A stretch of 64,000 nt of DNA from Octopus sinensis (taxonomy: Eukaryota): contig NC_042998.1 in NCBI RefSeq assembly GCF_006345805.1, forward strand, positions 4,402,001 through 4,466,000. The letters run 5' to 3'. The first letter of the stretch is position 1; each line of letters begins with the position of its first letter. Below, piece after piece: positions 37,980 through 53,710 of this stretch. A program made the translations under genes and the position numbers. The notes under the pieces were generated by a model. That model worked only from the letters and a program-made list of their open reading frames with translations, ran no database searches and was not told where the DNA came from.

Positions 37980-40900
37980 CAGTAGTTTTATTTTTATAGC
38001 GTGCTTACACTTCACTACCGAGCGCAGCTCTGTGTGCCTTGGGTATGTGCTGTGATTTGTTGTGATGCTCTGATGGTTATTGTATGGAAAGTGTTCTGCG
38101 TAGGATGTGTGCAGTGCCTAGTAGTGCAATTTTCTGTATGTTATATGTGTTTGTAAGTCCTGGTGTTTTTGTTATGTATTTGTCTGAATATTTTTTTATC
38201 ATGCCTAATGCACCTACTATGATAGGAATTGTTTCTGTTTTCAGATTCCACATTCTAGTTACCTCTATTTCCAGGTCTTTGTATTTTGAGAGTTTCTCCA
38301 TTTCTTTTAGAGACACGTTGTCATCAGCCGGTATTGATACATCAATTAGAAAGCATTTTTTTCTTCATGATCTCTGACAACTATATCTGGTCTGTTGGCC
38401 TTAATTTCTCTATCTGTGTGTATCGGCATATCCCAGAGTATGGTTGCTTTCTCGTTTTCTGTGACCTTTCCTGGTGTATGCCTATACCATCTTTTTCTGT
38501 TGTTATTCCATATTGTTGGCATAGCTTCCAATGTATGTAGGTTCCAACTCTGTCATGTCTGTGAATATATTCCTTCTTAGCCAGGACTGGGCAGCTAGAG
38601 ATAATATGATTTATTGTTTCTTGTCCATCTCCACATATTCTGCAGTTACTTGTATTTCTTTTCATTACATGTTTTTGGTAATTTCTGGTGGGGAGGCTTT
38701 GGTCTTGTGCTGCAATTAAAAATCCCTCTGTTTCTGCTTTGAGTCCTGAGCTCCTCAACCATTGCTGGGATTTTTCTTTGTCTATTTCTTTTGCGTTTAG
38801 TTTAGTGAAGTATTTACCATGAAGGGGCTATTCTTGCCATCGTTTTATCATGGTTCGTTGCTGTTTTATTTTTAGTTTGGATTTCATTTGTTTTATAGCT
38901 TTTGTTGTTTCTTCATCTTCTTCTTCTTATTCTTCATGTTTATTAGGTGGTATGATTTCTTGTTTGTATTTGTCAGCTTCCTTAAATACTGAGAACAGTT
39001 TTTTGTTTTGCTCGTGTTTTGCCGCTATCTGGATCAGTTTTCCTTCCTTCTGAAGTAGATATTTTTGCAGTCCTATGGTGGTTATTTTATAGTAGTTTTC
39101 CAGCTGTATACGGCCTCTACCACCTTCTATACGTTGTATATATAGTCCTTCTATGTCAGATTTTGGGTGATGCATCCTAGATCCTGTCATTATTTTTCTT
39201 GTTTTCCTATCTATTTTGGTCAGTTCATTTCGTGTCCAGTTAAGGATATTGTAGCTGTAACTTATAACTGGGACAGCTAAAGTGTTGATACCTATTATCT
39301 TGTTTTTAGCATTGAGCTCTGTGTTTAGTATTGATCTAACTCGTCTATAATATTCTTTTTTTATTTCTCTTTCATTTGTATGTGTTGTGTCTTATCTAGT
39401 TCATGGATTCCTAAGTATTTGTAAGTTTGGCTTTGGTCTAATTCTTTTATTTCATTGGTTTTATCTAGTGTGATGTTGTTACTCTTAACTAGTTTTCCTC
39501 TTTTCATGGTTACTTTGGCGCATTTTTCTAATCCATATTTCATATCTATTTCTTTGGTAAATCTATGAACTGTCTTTAATAGTGTTTCCAGCTGTTTATC
39601 ATTTGCAGCGTATAGTTTTAGGTCACCCATATATAAAAGGTGGCTGATCGTTTTGCCGTAACATTTATATCCGCATCCAGTTCTATTTAGCATATCAGAT
39701 AGAGGTGACAGTGCCAAGCAGAAAAGGAGGGGAGAGAGCGTGTCTCCCTGGAATATTCCTCTTCTAATGGGGATGTCTTTGGTTTTCATGAGTCCCTCTT
39801 TTGTTTGGAGGTGTAGGACTGTTTGCCATTTATTCATAGAGTGCTCTATGAATTTTATGATTGTTGGTGCTACTTTGTTAATGGCTAGTGTTTCGAGGAT
39901 CCATATGTGGGGGATGCTATCAAACGCCTTTTTGTAGTCAATCCAGGCCATACTGAGGCCTTTCTTCTTTCTGTGGCTGTCTTCAGTTATGGCTTTATAA
40001 TCATTAGTTGATCTTTACAGCCATATGAGCCTTTGCGGCATCCTTTCTGCTCTTCTGGGAACAGTTTGTTTTCGTCCATATGCTTGTTCAGCCTTTGTGA
40101 TATCACTGCAGTAAATGCCTTGAACATAGTAGGGAAGCAGGTTATTGGTCTGTAGTTTTCTGGTTTTGTTGTTTCATTTGATTTGGGAATTAAGATGGTT
40201 TTCCCCTTCGTGAGCCATTCAGGCATTGTCTCTGGCTCTGCTAGTACGTTGTTAAAGTTTTCAGCCAGCTTTTTGTGCATTCCTGTTAGATATTTCAACC
40301 AGAAGTTGGGGATCTTGTCATGCCCAGGTGCCTTCCAGTTGCTTAGTCTTTGCAGTGCCTCTTCAGTTGTTATGGGGGTCCAAAGTTGTTCAGATGCCGA
40401 GTTTGTTATTTTGATACTCCTTTTTTTTGGTGGTTCGTTCGCCGACCATATTTCTTTCCAGAATTCTTCCAATTCTTCTGCCGTTGGTGCTGCAGCGACT
40501 TCTATTTTATTTTTTCCCAGTTCTTGGTAGAACGTTTTGGGGTTGGAGTTGAACTTTTTTTTTCTTCAAAGAAGCGTTGGCGTTTCTTGTACCGGCGGAT
40601 CTTTTGTGCTTTCGCAAGGATATCTTGCTTCAGCTTTTCTTTTATTTCAGGCAAATCTTTCTCTGTGATGTTATATTTGTGGAGTATTTTTGTTCTCTTT
40701 TTGTTGCTCAGTAGCGTTGATCGTTTGCTGATTTCATTAAGAATCGACAGGTCTTTTCTAATTTTTTTTATTTTGCTTTGGTTGTTATTTATCCACAGGG
40801 TTTGTTTGGGTGGTGGTATTCCTGTTTGGGCGGGTTTGGGTGAGTATCCAGCTTCTTTTGTGGCTGCAGTGGCTGCTGCGTATATTAGGTTATTTAGGTC

Positions 40901-41947
40901 AGTGATATCACTTTTTTTTGATTCAGTGGCTATCAGTTCAGTGACGGCTAGGTTTATGCTGTTTATAATAGGTGTTGTTATTTAGTTTATTTTGATTCTT
41001 GGGAGGTATGGTCGGTGGTCCATTTTGAGCTCTGTGGTTTTCAGTTCTTTGATTATTTTATTTTTTATATTATCATAATCATTAGGCTCCCCTTCGTTGT
41101 TTACATCGTGTTTGTTGGGAATGTTGCGTTTGTCTTCGTGTTTTACAGTTTCAGCGTTTATATTATTGGGCATTGTTGTGTGGCTTCTATCTACATTTTC
41201 CTGGTGTATGTTTTCTTTTAGGTGTTCTATTTCTATTTCTGATATTTTTTTTGTGTTGTGAATGTATCTTCGTACGTTAGCTAATTTATTAGGGTTCATT
41301 GCTGTATCCAAGTCTATATCTCTATTATTTTCCTTCCATATTTTATATGTATGTGTTGTTGTATTTTCATTTTTTGGGTAGATTATTGCTGTGAAGTATG
41401 CGTGTAAGATAGAAATGCATTCCTCACGTGTCCATTTACGTCTTTTGGGTTTTATTTGCGGGACATGAGGTACAACGTCCGGCCCATTATTTTGACGGTC
41501 GTCATTTTCGTAGGGTACCGGTCCGTTTATTTCTGTTGTCACATTATTTCGCACGTGTAGTTTTTCCTACATTTTTTGTTGTAAGTTTAATGTACGTACC
41601 GCTCGATTGTTATTCTTGGGTTGAATAGTATCGGTGGCATTTAATTTCTTCGTAGTTCCTTTGTACATGGTGTTTGGGGTCGGGGATGATCGTGATGTTC
41701 CACGCATGTTTACACGTGTTGCGTTAGAAGTGGAGATGATATCGAGTCAAAATACATCATTTAGTTTCGAAAATAGTAATAAATTTCAATTAGTATTACT
41801 TACTCGGATACAGTCCAATTCTTTGTTAGTAAAACTTTGGCTCCATAGGATGTCCTTGTTTTCGATGTTTGTGGATAGATTTCGGAGCTCTGAATTTTCC
41901 TTCTTACATCTTAAACGTCCCCAGTGTCTTCTCTTAAACGTCCCCGT
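37980..41947 (-). mobile_element. Near-full-length R4/Dong-clade non-LTR retrotransposon, family A (copy 1)
   Basis: ORF pieces 40982-41554, 39987-40472, 39361-39951, 38381-38758 and 38077-38316 give a Myb-like RRKWTREE motif, RT (YRPI, EQKGC, QGDTLSP, catalytic motif mutated to YMGD), a CxxC..H..C knuckle and a PD..D..K endonuclease; (TAA)n at both ends. Confidence 0.95.
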
Positions 41948-41969
41948 ATTATTATTATTATTATTATTA

Positions 41970-42049
<80 letters not shown>

Positions 42050-42054
42050 TTATT

Positions 42055-42280
42055 CATTGTAATACAGAGCGCAGTTATGTGTGTGTGTGTGTATGTGCTG
42101 TGGTTTGTTTTGGGAATCCGATTTTCACTGTATTGAAAGTGCTTTACGTAATACGTGCGTGCTACTTAGTAGTGATATCTTTTGTATGTTATATCCATTT
42201 GTAAGTCCTGATGTTTCGTTTATGTATTTGTCTGAATGTTTTTGTTTATCATACCTAATGCCCCTACCTAATGCACCTAC
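42055..42280 (-). mobile_element. Diverged Dong family A-like 3' fragment
   Basis: Minus strand: IIVGALG...DKYINETSGLTNGYNIQKISLLSSTHVLRKALSIQ*. Confidence 0.75.
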
Positions 42281-42293
42281 TATTATTTTAATT

Positions 42294-42330
42294 CAGTGTC
42301 ACTTTGATGGCATGCACTGCTCTCTCACTC
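42294..42330 (+). mobile_element. Element X 3' terminus only
   Basis: cagtgtcactttgatggcatgcactgctctctcactc followed by (AAT)n. Confidence 0.8.
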
Positions 42331-42404
<74 letters not shown>

Positions 42405-42410
42405 TAATAA

Positions 42411-43270
42411 TCTGAATTTGAAAAAGAAGGGTTTATCATAGCAACTCAAGATCAATGCCTACCAACAAGAAACTACCAGGCGAACATATTAAAGAACGGC
42501 AGTAAACCAACATGTCGTGTATGTCAACAACACAATGAAACCATTGATCATGTTGTCTCCAAGTGCAGTCTTCTAGCGCCTACAGAGTATCTCAACCGGC
42601 ATGATAGAGCTGCACAATATATTCACTGGGTAATTTGCAAAAACCTAGATTTGCCTCATGAAAAAACTGGTGGAAACACAAACCACCTCCAGTGCTTGAA
42701 AATGACCACATCTCACTCCTCTGGAACTTCACCATTCAAACTGACAGAAAGATTGATGCAAATAGCCCAGACATCATATTGAAAGACTTCAGACAAAGAA
42801 CATGCCTCCTCATTGATATGACTGTCCCAATCGATATAAACGTATCTGTCAAGACCTACCAAAAACTGAGCAAATATAAAGATCTTGAAATAGAAATCAG
42901 CAAAATGTGGAACCTGAAGACTAAAACAATACCTGTTGTCATAGGTGCCCTGGGAATGATAGCAAAAGGGGCTGATTGCTACCTAACTCAGATACCAGGA
43001 AGCCCCATAATGGCAGAAATCGAAAAGATAGTGCTCATGGAAATTGCTCATATCCTCCGCAACATACATTCTATGTAATCTCAAGTTATAAAACAAACGT
43101 AATTTTTGTTTCTTTTTAGTCATTCACTAGTACAACACTAAATACAAAACCAAATATATGGCACACTAGGCATAACAACAACATGAAGCTCCAACCTGTT
43201 GTCTCTTGAGGTCTCTGGGTGAGACTTGGAGCCAACTTGTACAAATATAAAGCAAAAGTCAAACATAGAA
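42411..43270 (+). mobile_element. R4/Dong family B, 5'-truncated copy
   Basis: EGFIIATQDQCLPTRNY...CRVCQQHNETIDHVVSKC...RHD...DANSPDIILKDF...KLSKYKDL; its own 3' UTR is unrelated to family A; preceded by (TAA)n. Confidence 0.9.
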
Positions 43271-43272
43271 TG

Positions 43273-44045
<773 letters not shown>

Positions 44046-44091
44046 AATAATAATGATAATAATAGTAATAATAATAATAACAATAATAATA

Positions 44092-44645
44092 GCCCTGAGG
44101 CAGTACCAGGCAGTGGCTCTCATGGCTTCTGATCTGAACTGATTGGAAGTGTTATCATGTACATTGTTCTGTCTTGGTATAAAAGATGGGCTAGAGCAAA
44201 TATTCTGCTCAATACCACAGATTTGCTTGTCAGTTGTTTGACCGTAACCAGTTGAGCATGTCCCTTACTGGCTGACGATATGTGCATCTCTGATCACGAG
44301 CAGAAGTAGTGGGGGAGCATCATAGCCATGTGTTTAGAGGGATTCTTTGGGGTTTGAATAATTCACCTCTGGAAACATGGGTGGTTTTTTCAACATCCTT
44401 AAACAAGCCTTATTCAGGGACCTTTTGAGCGGGATGGGCTACACAACCTGAAGAAAATTCTAACTGGGCCCCACTTGCAAGGTCATGTGCTGTTTATCTT
44501 GATATGAGATCACCATGTCGCGCACATATGGTTGTGATGCATGTGCCTGGTGTACCTTTATCAGACGGGTAGTCATGATGGGTATATTGGGCTTCGTATA
44601 TTTTACCCCAGTTTCACTTTGATGGCATGAACTGCTCTCTCACTC
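44092..44645 (+). mobile_element. Element X, full length
   Basis: gccctgaggcagtacc...gatggcatgaactgctctctcactc; (TAA)n on both sides; no ORF and no tRNA-like head seen. Confidence 0.9.
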
Positions 44646-44649
44646 AATT

Positions 44650-44723
<74 letters not shown>

Positions 44724-45114
44724 GTTATTAGCCACAATGTAGGGAAATCTATAAAATTGAAATGTACATTAAACAGAGGCTTCCAAAGACTTGTGATTTG
44801 ACAGATATTTAATCGAAGAGGAGGGTGGGAGACAAAAGATATAAAACTCCATGTAATGAAGATCTTGAGTTTAGATAATGTTCACAATTTTCGCGGCATG
44901 CGAATCGATAATAATAGCAGTACCAATAATAACAATAACAGCAACACTAAAGCCAACAACAACAATAATATGATAATGATGACCATGCTCGTGGCGATGA
45001 TGATGATGATGATGATGATGACAACGCCGAAGTTGATGATGCTGATGATAAAGAAGAACAACCACAAGTTTTGCGGGAATTGCAGGACAAGAATGGTATA
45101 TTTGTGCAAAGGGT

Positions 45115-46480
45115 AGATCGATTATAAAATTCACTTTATGACCTGGTTACCCAGTCATAGATCAAGCTTTATCTGGAATTGTTCCAAGATTTCGGAAAAG
45201 TCTAGATGCATGTTAAGAATCATAATGCGGCATTGGAGATCCGAATATTATTGAAAGGAAGGAAATTTCGCTGATTTACAGATAAGAAGACAAATCTTTC
45301 AATGGAAAAACCCTTTTCTCATTTTGTTTGTTATAAATACTAATCCAATATTTCTGAATAAAGCTAAGGAAGGATATTCAATGGGAAAGAATACCGTAAA
45401 CCTGAATCATTTCCTTTCCAGGAATGATTTAAAGCTTTGTGGATTTTACAAGAGTCAACTGGATTCTTTAAAGCAAACCGTCCGAATATTTAGTAGTAAC
45501 GTTGAAATGATATTTGATATCGAGAAATGTACAAAAGTGAGGAAACCTGGCAGAATCATAAATTGAAATCATAGATTGAAATGGATCTATATGGTGTTAT
45601 AAGTATCAAATGATTGAAATATTATTGAGGTATATAAATGTCTTAGAATCGTGGAATCTCATAAAATAAAATATATCATCCCCAGAAGAGAATAGTTTCG
45701 CTGAATTCAAATTTTAAAATCCATACTGATTCATATAATGAGTGCATTATCGTTTATGACGTATGAGACAAGAATCACACAGCGGAGAATTGATGAAATG
45801 AAAGATATCGGCTCGAAGACGAGATTTTAACTCGAGATGCACACAGTCATTGCTCTGCCAGTCCCATGGAGAGTGATTTTACAATAAAATACCAAACAAA
45901 GGGTGGTTGTTAATGAGTTTTGAAGAGATTTTATATAAAGAGACAATTAGTCAATTAGTTTATCCCGACATTACGATCGTGAACCGAATACCCTAGCCAT
46001 TTAGCCACGCACCTTTACTTTTTATTAGTATACCCAAATCAAAAGGAATACATCTATTCGTTTGAATATCAACTGAAAATGAATACATACCTATATACGT
46101 GAAAGTTGATGAACAGTTCAGTTTTGCATGTAAGAAATGAGCTCAGGCTATTTTTACGGAAAAGAATGTAAGTCTTTGCAAATAATGAAGTGAGACTGTT
46201 ATGAGTCCCATGCAAAAGGAGTACAGTGTTAAATGATGTAGCTGGATAAGAAGAGTTTCTATTGTATTTGACGTCGCTTGCGTATTTAATATCAGAATCA
46301 AGAAAAAGAGAAAAGGAAAATATAGAATATTATAACCACTTGAAGTATGAAATTCTCAGACGCTGGAATAAAGAAGATGAAAAGTTCATGATTGGTCAAT
46401 ATCATTGGAAACCTAGGGGAATTTGTGAGTAAAGAAAGCTTGGAATGTTAGATTTGCGAGAGGGTACAGCTAGAATGTTT
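45115..46480 (+). mobile_element. Highly decayed R4/Dong-like element
   Basis: Fragments LNKAKEGY...LNHFLSRNDLKL...QLDSLKQTVRIFS...DIEKCTKV (RT domains 5-7) and KEKEK.IEYYNHLKYEILRRWN (endonuclease end). Confidence 0.65.
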
Positions 46481-47184
46481 ATTTGAATTAGTATGAATTA
46501 TTGAGTAATTCCCGGGCACTCTCTCTCTCTTTCAGTAAAAGCAACTCCTTCGCACTAACAGCGTTCGCTGAAGAGAGTATCACAATGGCTAATAGTAATT
46601 AAAACATCAGCATGTATTGAGCAACAACAACAACGATGACACATCTATTACCTCTTTTGTCGGTCCGACACTGCCTCCTGTGCTGCACCCAGACATAGCA
46701 AAAGCAGCAACTTTATTGTAACATACAGCACTGTCAACAGAGCAACCTTCACCACAACCGTTGCCACCCCCCACTGCCACTACCCCCAACCACCGTCGCC
46801 TCCACTCCCCCAACAACAACAACAACATCAGCAACAGCGGGACCATCACGACTACTTTTCTGGATACTAACCCTTATTTATCCAAGGACAACATATACAC
46901 GCACCCATTTCTATATGCATGCATATGCATCGATGTATGTGTGAGTGTGTGTGTGCATGTGTGTGTATATGTGTGTGCGTGTGTGTCAGTAAATTGGTAT
47001 ATACTGCTAGGTGCAAAATAACACCATAAAGGAAACATTTTATCGTTACTAATTGTGACTGTGGGTGCCGAGCACCTTTATTGCAAGCAATAAGAGTTAA
47101 AATCTTTTATTGCAATAAGAAGCGCACAGTATACATACACTGACGGAGAACATAATCGCCCATGAAGGTCTCTAGGATTTCTAG

Positions 47185-47226
47185 ACTGGACAAGTTTCGG
47201 CTATCAGTTGTAGACCCGTCAGGAGT
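47185..47226 (-). ncRNA. Decayed hammerhead-like motif
   Basis: Reverse complement: actc-CTGACGG-gtcta/caactga/tagcc-GAAAC-tt-GT-C-cagt; needs about 4 substitutions to be canonical. Confidence 0.4.
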
Positions 47227-47594
47227 GACTGATCAAACGCTCGATGGTTCGGCTAAATCTGTCTGTCAGTATACATATTTCTACCATAAAAATTTATGGC
47301 TGATTTACCGAATGCTCATGCGTATTATATTGCAGAAGAGTAATGCATATAAGCCTAGCTGCTTATATTAATATCTAATATGCGCATTTGCATTTCACTA
47401 AATCATCCACAAGATTGTATTGTAAAAATATGTATACAGACGAAACTAGTCTAGTCTAGTGATCCTAGAAATGCTCACATACGATTATCTCCCATGGCAG
47501 TGTATAAATATCGTCTGCTTCTTACAGCATTAACTCTTATATGTTGCAATATTAGTGCTTCATCACCTTCAGTCACAATTAGTGAGAATAAAGC

Positions 47595-48140
<546 letters not shown>

Positions 48141-48191
48141 TGTCTATCTATCTGTCTGTCTGTCTGCCTGACAGTATGTCTGTATGTCTGT

Positions 48192-48362
48192 CTAGCCACT
48201 ACATATTCTTTATTTTCTCTCCTTGTTTCTCTGTTTCTTTCTGTGGAAGGGCATAGGCTCGAAATGTTAAATACTTTTTCACTTCCCGAGCGTTAAACTA
48301 ATACAACCGTTTGTTGTCTATACCACCTGTCTTCGTCTTATGTTTTTTCTGAACTCACTCCC
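48192..48362 (+). mobile_element. Short element, HHR family 1
   Basis: Matches 6137-6321; CTGTGGA-a-gggc/atag/gctc-GAAATGTT-aaa at 48241-48271; followed by (TA)n. Confidence 0.75.
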
Positions 48363-48386
48363 AATGTATTTATATGTATATATATA

Positions 48387-48417
<31 letters not shown>

Positions 48418-48426
48418 AACATTACT

Positions 48427-48605
48427 TTATATAATTAGGGTTCAGCAAAAACATTGCTTTATCACACACCGAACTTTTAGAAATAGCAACCACAGAATTT
48501 AGCTATTTAGCTATATTTACGGGAAATGGTTCTTTTACATACTGAACACTGCTTGGTAAAATTATTAATTACTAATTAATTAATTAATTTTACCCTTATT
48601 ATTAT
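48427..48605 (+). mobile_element. Diverged member of the 15781-16623 family
   Basis: Shares ataattaggg...gaaatagca.cca and aaatggt.cttttacatactgaacac...aattttaccct; TA-flanked. Confidence 0.7.
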
Positions 48606-48623
48606 TGACTATATATATATATA

Positions 48624-49800
48624 CAAGATAGAGTAAAAAAATTATACACATTCTTGATTTTTTCAATGCATTTACACAAAAGCATTACATCATTTTTCTA
48701 TATATTCTCCTTCCTTTTCGATACACTTAGTCCAGCGGTCCACAAGCTGCGTATTCCCTCCAAAGAAAAGGTTTTCGGTTGGTCGTGCAACCTTTATGCA
48801 CCGCTTCCTTAACATCTTCATCTGTAGGAAATCGGCGACCACGTAAACTATGTTTGAGCGGTCCAAATGTATAATAATCGGGAGAGGCGAGATGTGGGCA
48901 GTAGGCACCTCAAAGCTCTATTGATTAATGGTTTCAGCGGTTTTGGTGGCCGTGTGTGGGGGTGCATTTTCATGCAACAGCCAAAGTTTCTTCGACAATA
49001 GGCTTCGGCGTTTGGTGCGAATTGCTGGCTTCAGTTTGTTGGCCAGCAAAGCACTGTATCTTGCCCTGTTGATCGTACACCATTTACCGGGTAGTCTTCA
49101 TTTGAGTCTCCAAAACAAGGGTTAGCCTCACCTTTCCTGAATTAGACTGAGTCTTGAATTTTTTCGTCGGCGGTGAGCCAGGATATTTCGAATCCATACT
49201 CTGTCTTTTGGATTCTGCCTCATAATGATGGACTCACGTTTCATCTCCTGTGATTTTTCTGCTCAAAACTTCCTCGCACACTTTGTTGCTGCAATCGAGT
49301 AAACGTTGGCACACCTCAAGACGTTTGCGCTTGCGCTCTGCAGTAAGTTCTCTTGGCAGCCATTTCGCAGAGACTTTATGGAAGCTGAGTTCATCGTGGA
49401 TGATTTTAATAGTCAGAACCATGAATAATCTGCAGAGAACGAACTACCTCTTCGATGGTAACTCGCCGGTTCCCCGTTACCATCTCTCGAGCGTGCTGAA
49501 TCTTCTCGTCAGTGGTGGAGGTTGACGAGCGTCCTGCTCCTTCTTCGTGCGTCACGGTTGTCCAGCCACTGTTAAATTTCTCGATCCACTCATACATATT
49601 TCTATGCGAAAGTGCACTGTCCCCGTATTGTACTAAAAGCCTTCGATTAATTGCAGCACCTGACACACCTTCCGGCCTGAGAAATCGGATCATTGTTCAT
49701 TGTTTATTGTTCTTATTCGGCACATTGTTAGTGGAGCAGCCACTGAAAACGATATAGTTAGGTGCTTCATGCTCGAATCGCAGAAATTGTGCTCCAGAAG
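48624..49800 (-). mobile_element. Decayed mariner transposon
   Basis: ORF pieces 49406-49693 (HTH region) and 49234-49422 (KVSAKWLPR...ITGDET); further frames give LLHENAPPH and a YSPDLAPSD-like remnant. Confidence 0.88.
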
Positions 49801-49822
49801 TAAGTAATATAATAGATATATA

Positions 49823-50230
49823 GGCGCAGTAGTGGTTGTGTGGTAAGTAGCTTGTTTACCAACCACATGGTCCCAGGTTCAGTCCCACTGCGTGGCACCT
49901 TGGGCAAGTGTCTTCTACTATAGCCTCGGGCCGACCAAAGCCTTGTGAGTGGATTTGGAAGACGGAAACTGAAAGAAGCCCGTCGTATATATGTATGTAT
50001 ATATATATACGTGTGTGTGTTTGTGTGTCTGCGTTTGTCCCCCTAGCATTGCTTGACAACCGATGCTGGTGTGTTTATATCTCCGTTACTTAGCGGTTCG
50101 GCAAAAGTACCGATAGAATAAGTACTGGGCTTACAAAAGAATAAGTCCCGGAGTCGATTTGCTCGATTAAAGGCGGTGCTCCAGCATGGCCGCAGTCAGA
50201 TGACTGAAACAAGTAAAAGAGTAAAAGAGT
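49823..50230 (+). mobile_element. SINE family S1
   Basis: Full-length match to the other S1 copies. Confidence 0.9.
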
Positions 50231-50745
50231 ATATTAGAAAACATAGACCTGGATATTGAGCGTGTAGAATTATACTGGGTACAATTCGGAAATGATTACG
50301 AGAAGATTTTGGTACTTCCGGTAAATGTAAGTTACTTAATTGCATGCTTAAAACATAGAAACAACTAATCGGTAGTTGATTTCTGTGGTCATCATTGATA
50401 CTGAATGTACAGAAAAAAAACACAACATCACGATAGACGTAATCTGAATATGATTAATAGGATACGCAATGATAATTTGAAGGACATTATATTATGTACA
50501 ATGATTTTAGAATCAGTATAAGATATTAAGTTTGATTTTTGAGCTGTTTTGTTGCCTTTCTTGGCAAGAAAACATTTTAAGCAAAGAACTTCTCTTCATT
50601 ACAGTGGTAATATTAATTAATTAGATACGTTTATGGCCCACAGAAGTAATAATGATAATCTGCACTTAGCTACATCGTCGCTAAGTGTAATATATGATTG
50701 TCGAGACATCAATGTTGACATACGTTCTCATATATATATACACAT

Positions 50746-51056
50746 GTGGAGGCGCAATAGCCCAGTGGTTAGAGTAGCGGACTCATGGTCGTAAGATCGT
50801 AGTTTCGATTCCCAGACCGGGCGTTGTGAGTGTTTATTGAGCGGAAACATCTAAAGCTCCACGAGGCTCCGGCAGGGGGTGCTTGCGATCCCTGCTGTAC
50901 TCTTTCGCCACAACTTTCTCTCACTCTTTCTTCTGTTGGCATTCTCGCTTAGCCAGCGGGGTGGCGTCATTTGAAGGCTAAAACAATGCGAAGAGCATTG
51001 TGACCAGCGATGTGTAGCAACATCAGATAGCCTGGTCGGTCACGGTGATCACGGTG
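50746..51056 (+). mobile_element. tRNA-derived SINE family S2b (same head as S2a, different tail)
   Basis: First 190 bp or so match 31916-32100; tail matches 6804-6922; possible 12-bp TSD atatatacacat at 50734 and 51057. Confidence 0.9.
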
Positions 51057-52375
51057 ATATATACACATACACACACACATTCATACATATACATGTATAT
51101 ACAGACACACACACATACATGCATAAGTATTGCCACTAAGTGATCCATAAACGTATAATTTAAGCTTGTTTCAATGAATCGATTATAAAGTAATATATTT
51201 TAAAAAGGTTAAGGGGAGATCTGCGAAGACACGAGGATATTGCAAACTGTACAATCGGAATTCATATAACTGTGTTAAACAAATATAACACTGGTGATTA
51301 TGATCATCATCATCATCATCATCATCATCACCATCATCTTTATTATCTTTTCATCAACACGACAGCCACACCAAGTGTCGATGAAGACAAAGATTGACGA
51401 TGGTACGGTAAAGATAATGATGATGTGGGAATTGAGAGCATTATATTCAGAATGAAGTTATATAGAATCGACACCTGTGTTTTGATGATTGTAATGGTGG
51501 TGGATGTGATTGCTGTGATGGTGTTAGGTGGTGATGGTTGTGGTTGTGACAAGCATGATCACCATGATGACAACGACGACGATCCCGATCCCAACGTTGA
51601 TATCATGACGACGAAACTGCTAATGTTTGTTGCTAATATGTCCGAAATATTTCTGATGCCCCGGATAGCTTCTTCAATATGCATAAGATTTTGTACAAGT
51701 AGAATTGATCATAATAATCTCTTTGCTTCGTTACTAAAATTTCATAACGAAATAGATGAGCATTGCAATTTTAAAAATCTTATCAAATTATAATTATTGA
51801 CCTTGTATGTAGACACGAATATAGATGCCTTTATATAGAGGCAACGACTTTATTTTATTTTGAATATTTAGATGCTACATACTCCATATATTTATACTTA
51901 TCAACTTACTTCTTTACTGACAATGATCAAAATGCCTCTAATGCTAGGCAGTTTTGCATTGATTTCTTCTCCTTCTATCTGATAAAAATAGGATATTTTC
52001 CTTTTTGCGTTGACCTAATAACACTAGTATAAATCAGATAATATAACCGGCACATCCTTTTCATTCTATGAAATAATTGTATATACTTTTTTTTTCATAT
52101 CCTTTGTGTTCCCATTTGTAATATCACTGTCGTTGTGATATACATCTTTAGCTGAATTATACATTTATTTGTTACTAATTTGACAATATCTACAATCATA
52201 AAATTAATCTTTCAGCAAAGACAAATATCTGTTAAATTAATATTCCGAACAAGTATTTCACTATCAAAACAAAGATCGTATTGATTTGCGAAGAAAATAG
52301 AAAGAGAAACAAAATGTCCATCATTCACATGATATATATAAACACAAAAAGAAAACATCGCACACGCTCAACACG

Positions 52376-52441
<66 letters not shown>

Positions 52442-52859
52442 ACACATGCACAGGTACACACGCACACACAACAGAAATATGTTAAAACGAAATGCAATAA
52501 ATATAAAGAAAGAAAAGTGAAGCATCTTTATATTATTATATGAAAGATCTCCGAGAAATATCTCAGAACAAAAGTTTGATTGTTCCAATTTATTCTGAGT
52601 TGAGAGACTACTGGTTCTTGAAGTGTTAATTAGAAAAACTGGATAATATAATATCATAAAAGGAAGAAAAAAAATAAAGAAGCACTCTGAAGAACAATGA
52701 CTCATTTATTTAAGAATATCGTTAGTCGCTGTAAAAAGTTAGTATTGATGTTCTTATTTTCGATGTTAAAATTGTTATTTCTGTGAAGCTGATATTATTT
52801 TTCGACGGCACAATCGTTAGAACATCATGCATAATGTTTTCAGGTATTTCTTTTGACAT

Positions 52860-52999
52860 TTTTCCGTCTGCGTTCAAAACTTACATTGGTTAGCTGTCGT
52901 ATTCATCCATTTCAAGTCATTAATACCGGTCATCTACCCGGGTTGATATAATCGGCGTGTCCATCGCCTCAAAATTGTTGGCCTTGTGCCAAAACTAGA
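52860..52999 (+). mobile_element. SINE family S3, decayed
   Basis: Ends ggccttgtgccaaaactagaaa followed by (TAC)n, matching the S3 3' end. Confidence 0.6.
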
Positions 53000-53001
53000 A
53001 A

Positions 53002-53087
<86 letters not shown>

Positions 53088-53358
53088 GCTATTACTATTA
53101 CACATAATGTTAATAATAATAATAATAACAATTATATTAATATTAATAATAATAATAATAACAATTATATTAATATTAATAATAATAATAATAACAATTA
53201 TATTAATATTAATAATAATAATAATAACAATTATATTAATATTAATAATAATAATAATAACAATAATAATAATAACTACTACTATTACACGTACTGTTAA
53301 TAATAATAATAATAGTAATAATAATAATAATAATAATATAATAATAATAGTAATAATA

Positions 53359-53400
<42 letters not shown>

Positions 53401-53417
53401 TAATAATAATAATAATA

Positions 53418-53481
<64 letters not shown>

Positions 53482-53538
53482 AATAATAATAATATAATAA
53501 TGATAATAATAATAATAATAATAGTAATAATAATAATG

Positions 53539-53614
<76 letters not shown>

Positions 53615-53646
53615 TAATAATAATAATGATAATAATAATAATAATA

Positions 53647-53703
<57 letters not shown>

Positions 53704-53710
53704 TTACTGT
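53000..53710. repeat. Composite (TAC)n/(TAA)n array with a 33-bp higher-order repeat
   Basis: Unit (aat)5-aac-aat-tat-att-aat-att occurs 4 times at about 53111-53243. Confidence 0.92.

Noticed and set aside
44092-44150. HDV-like ribozyme at the 5' end of element X
   Set aside because: A P1-like pairing exists, but P1.1, P3/L3 and J4/2 could not be fitted.
47130-47275. Short inverted ends cactgacgga / tctgtcagt suggesting a MITE
   Set aside because: Only about 9 bp of imperfect match, single occurrence, no clear TSD.
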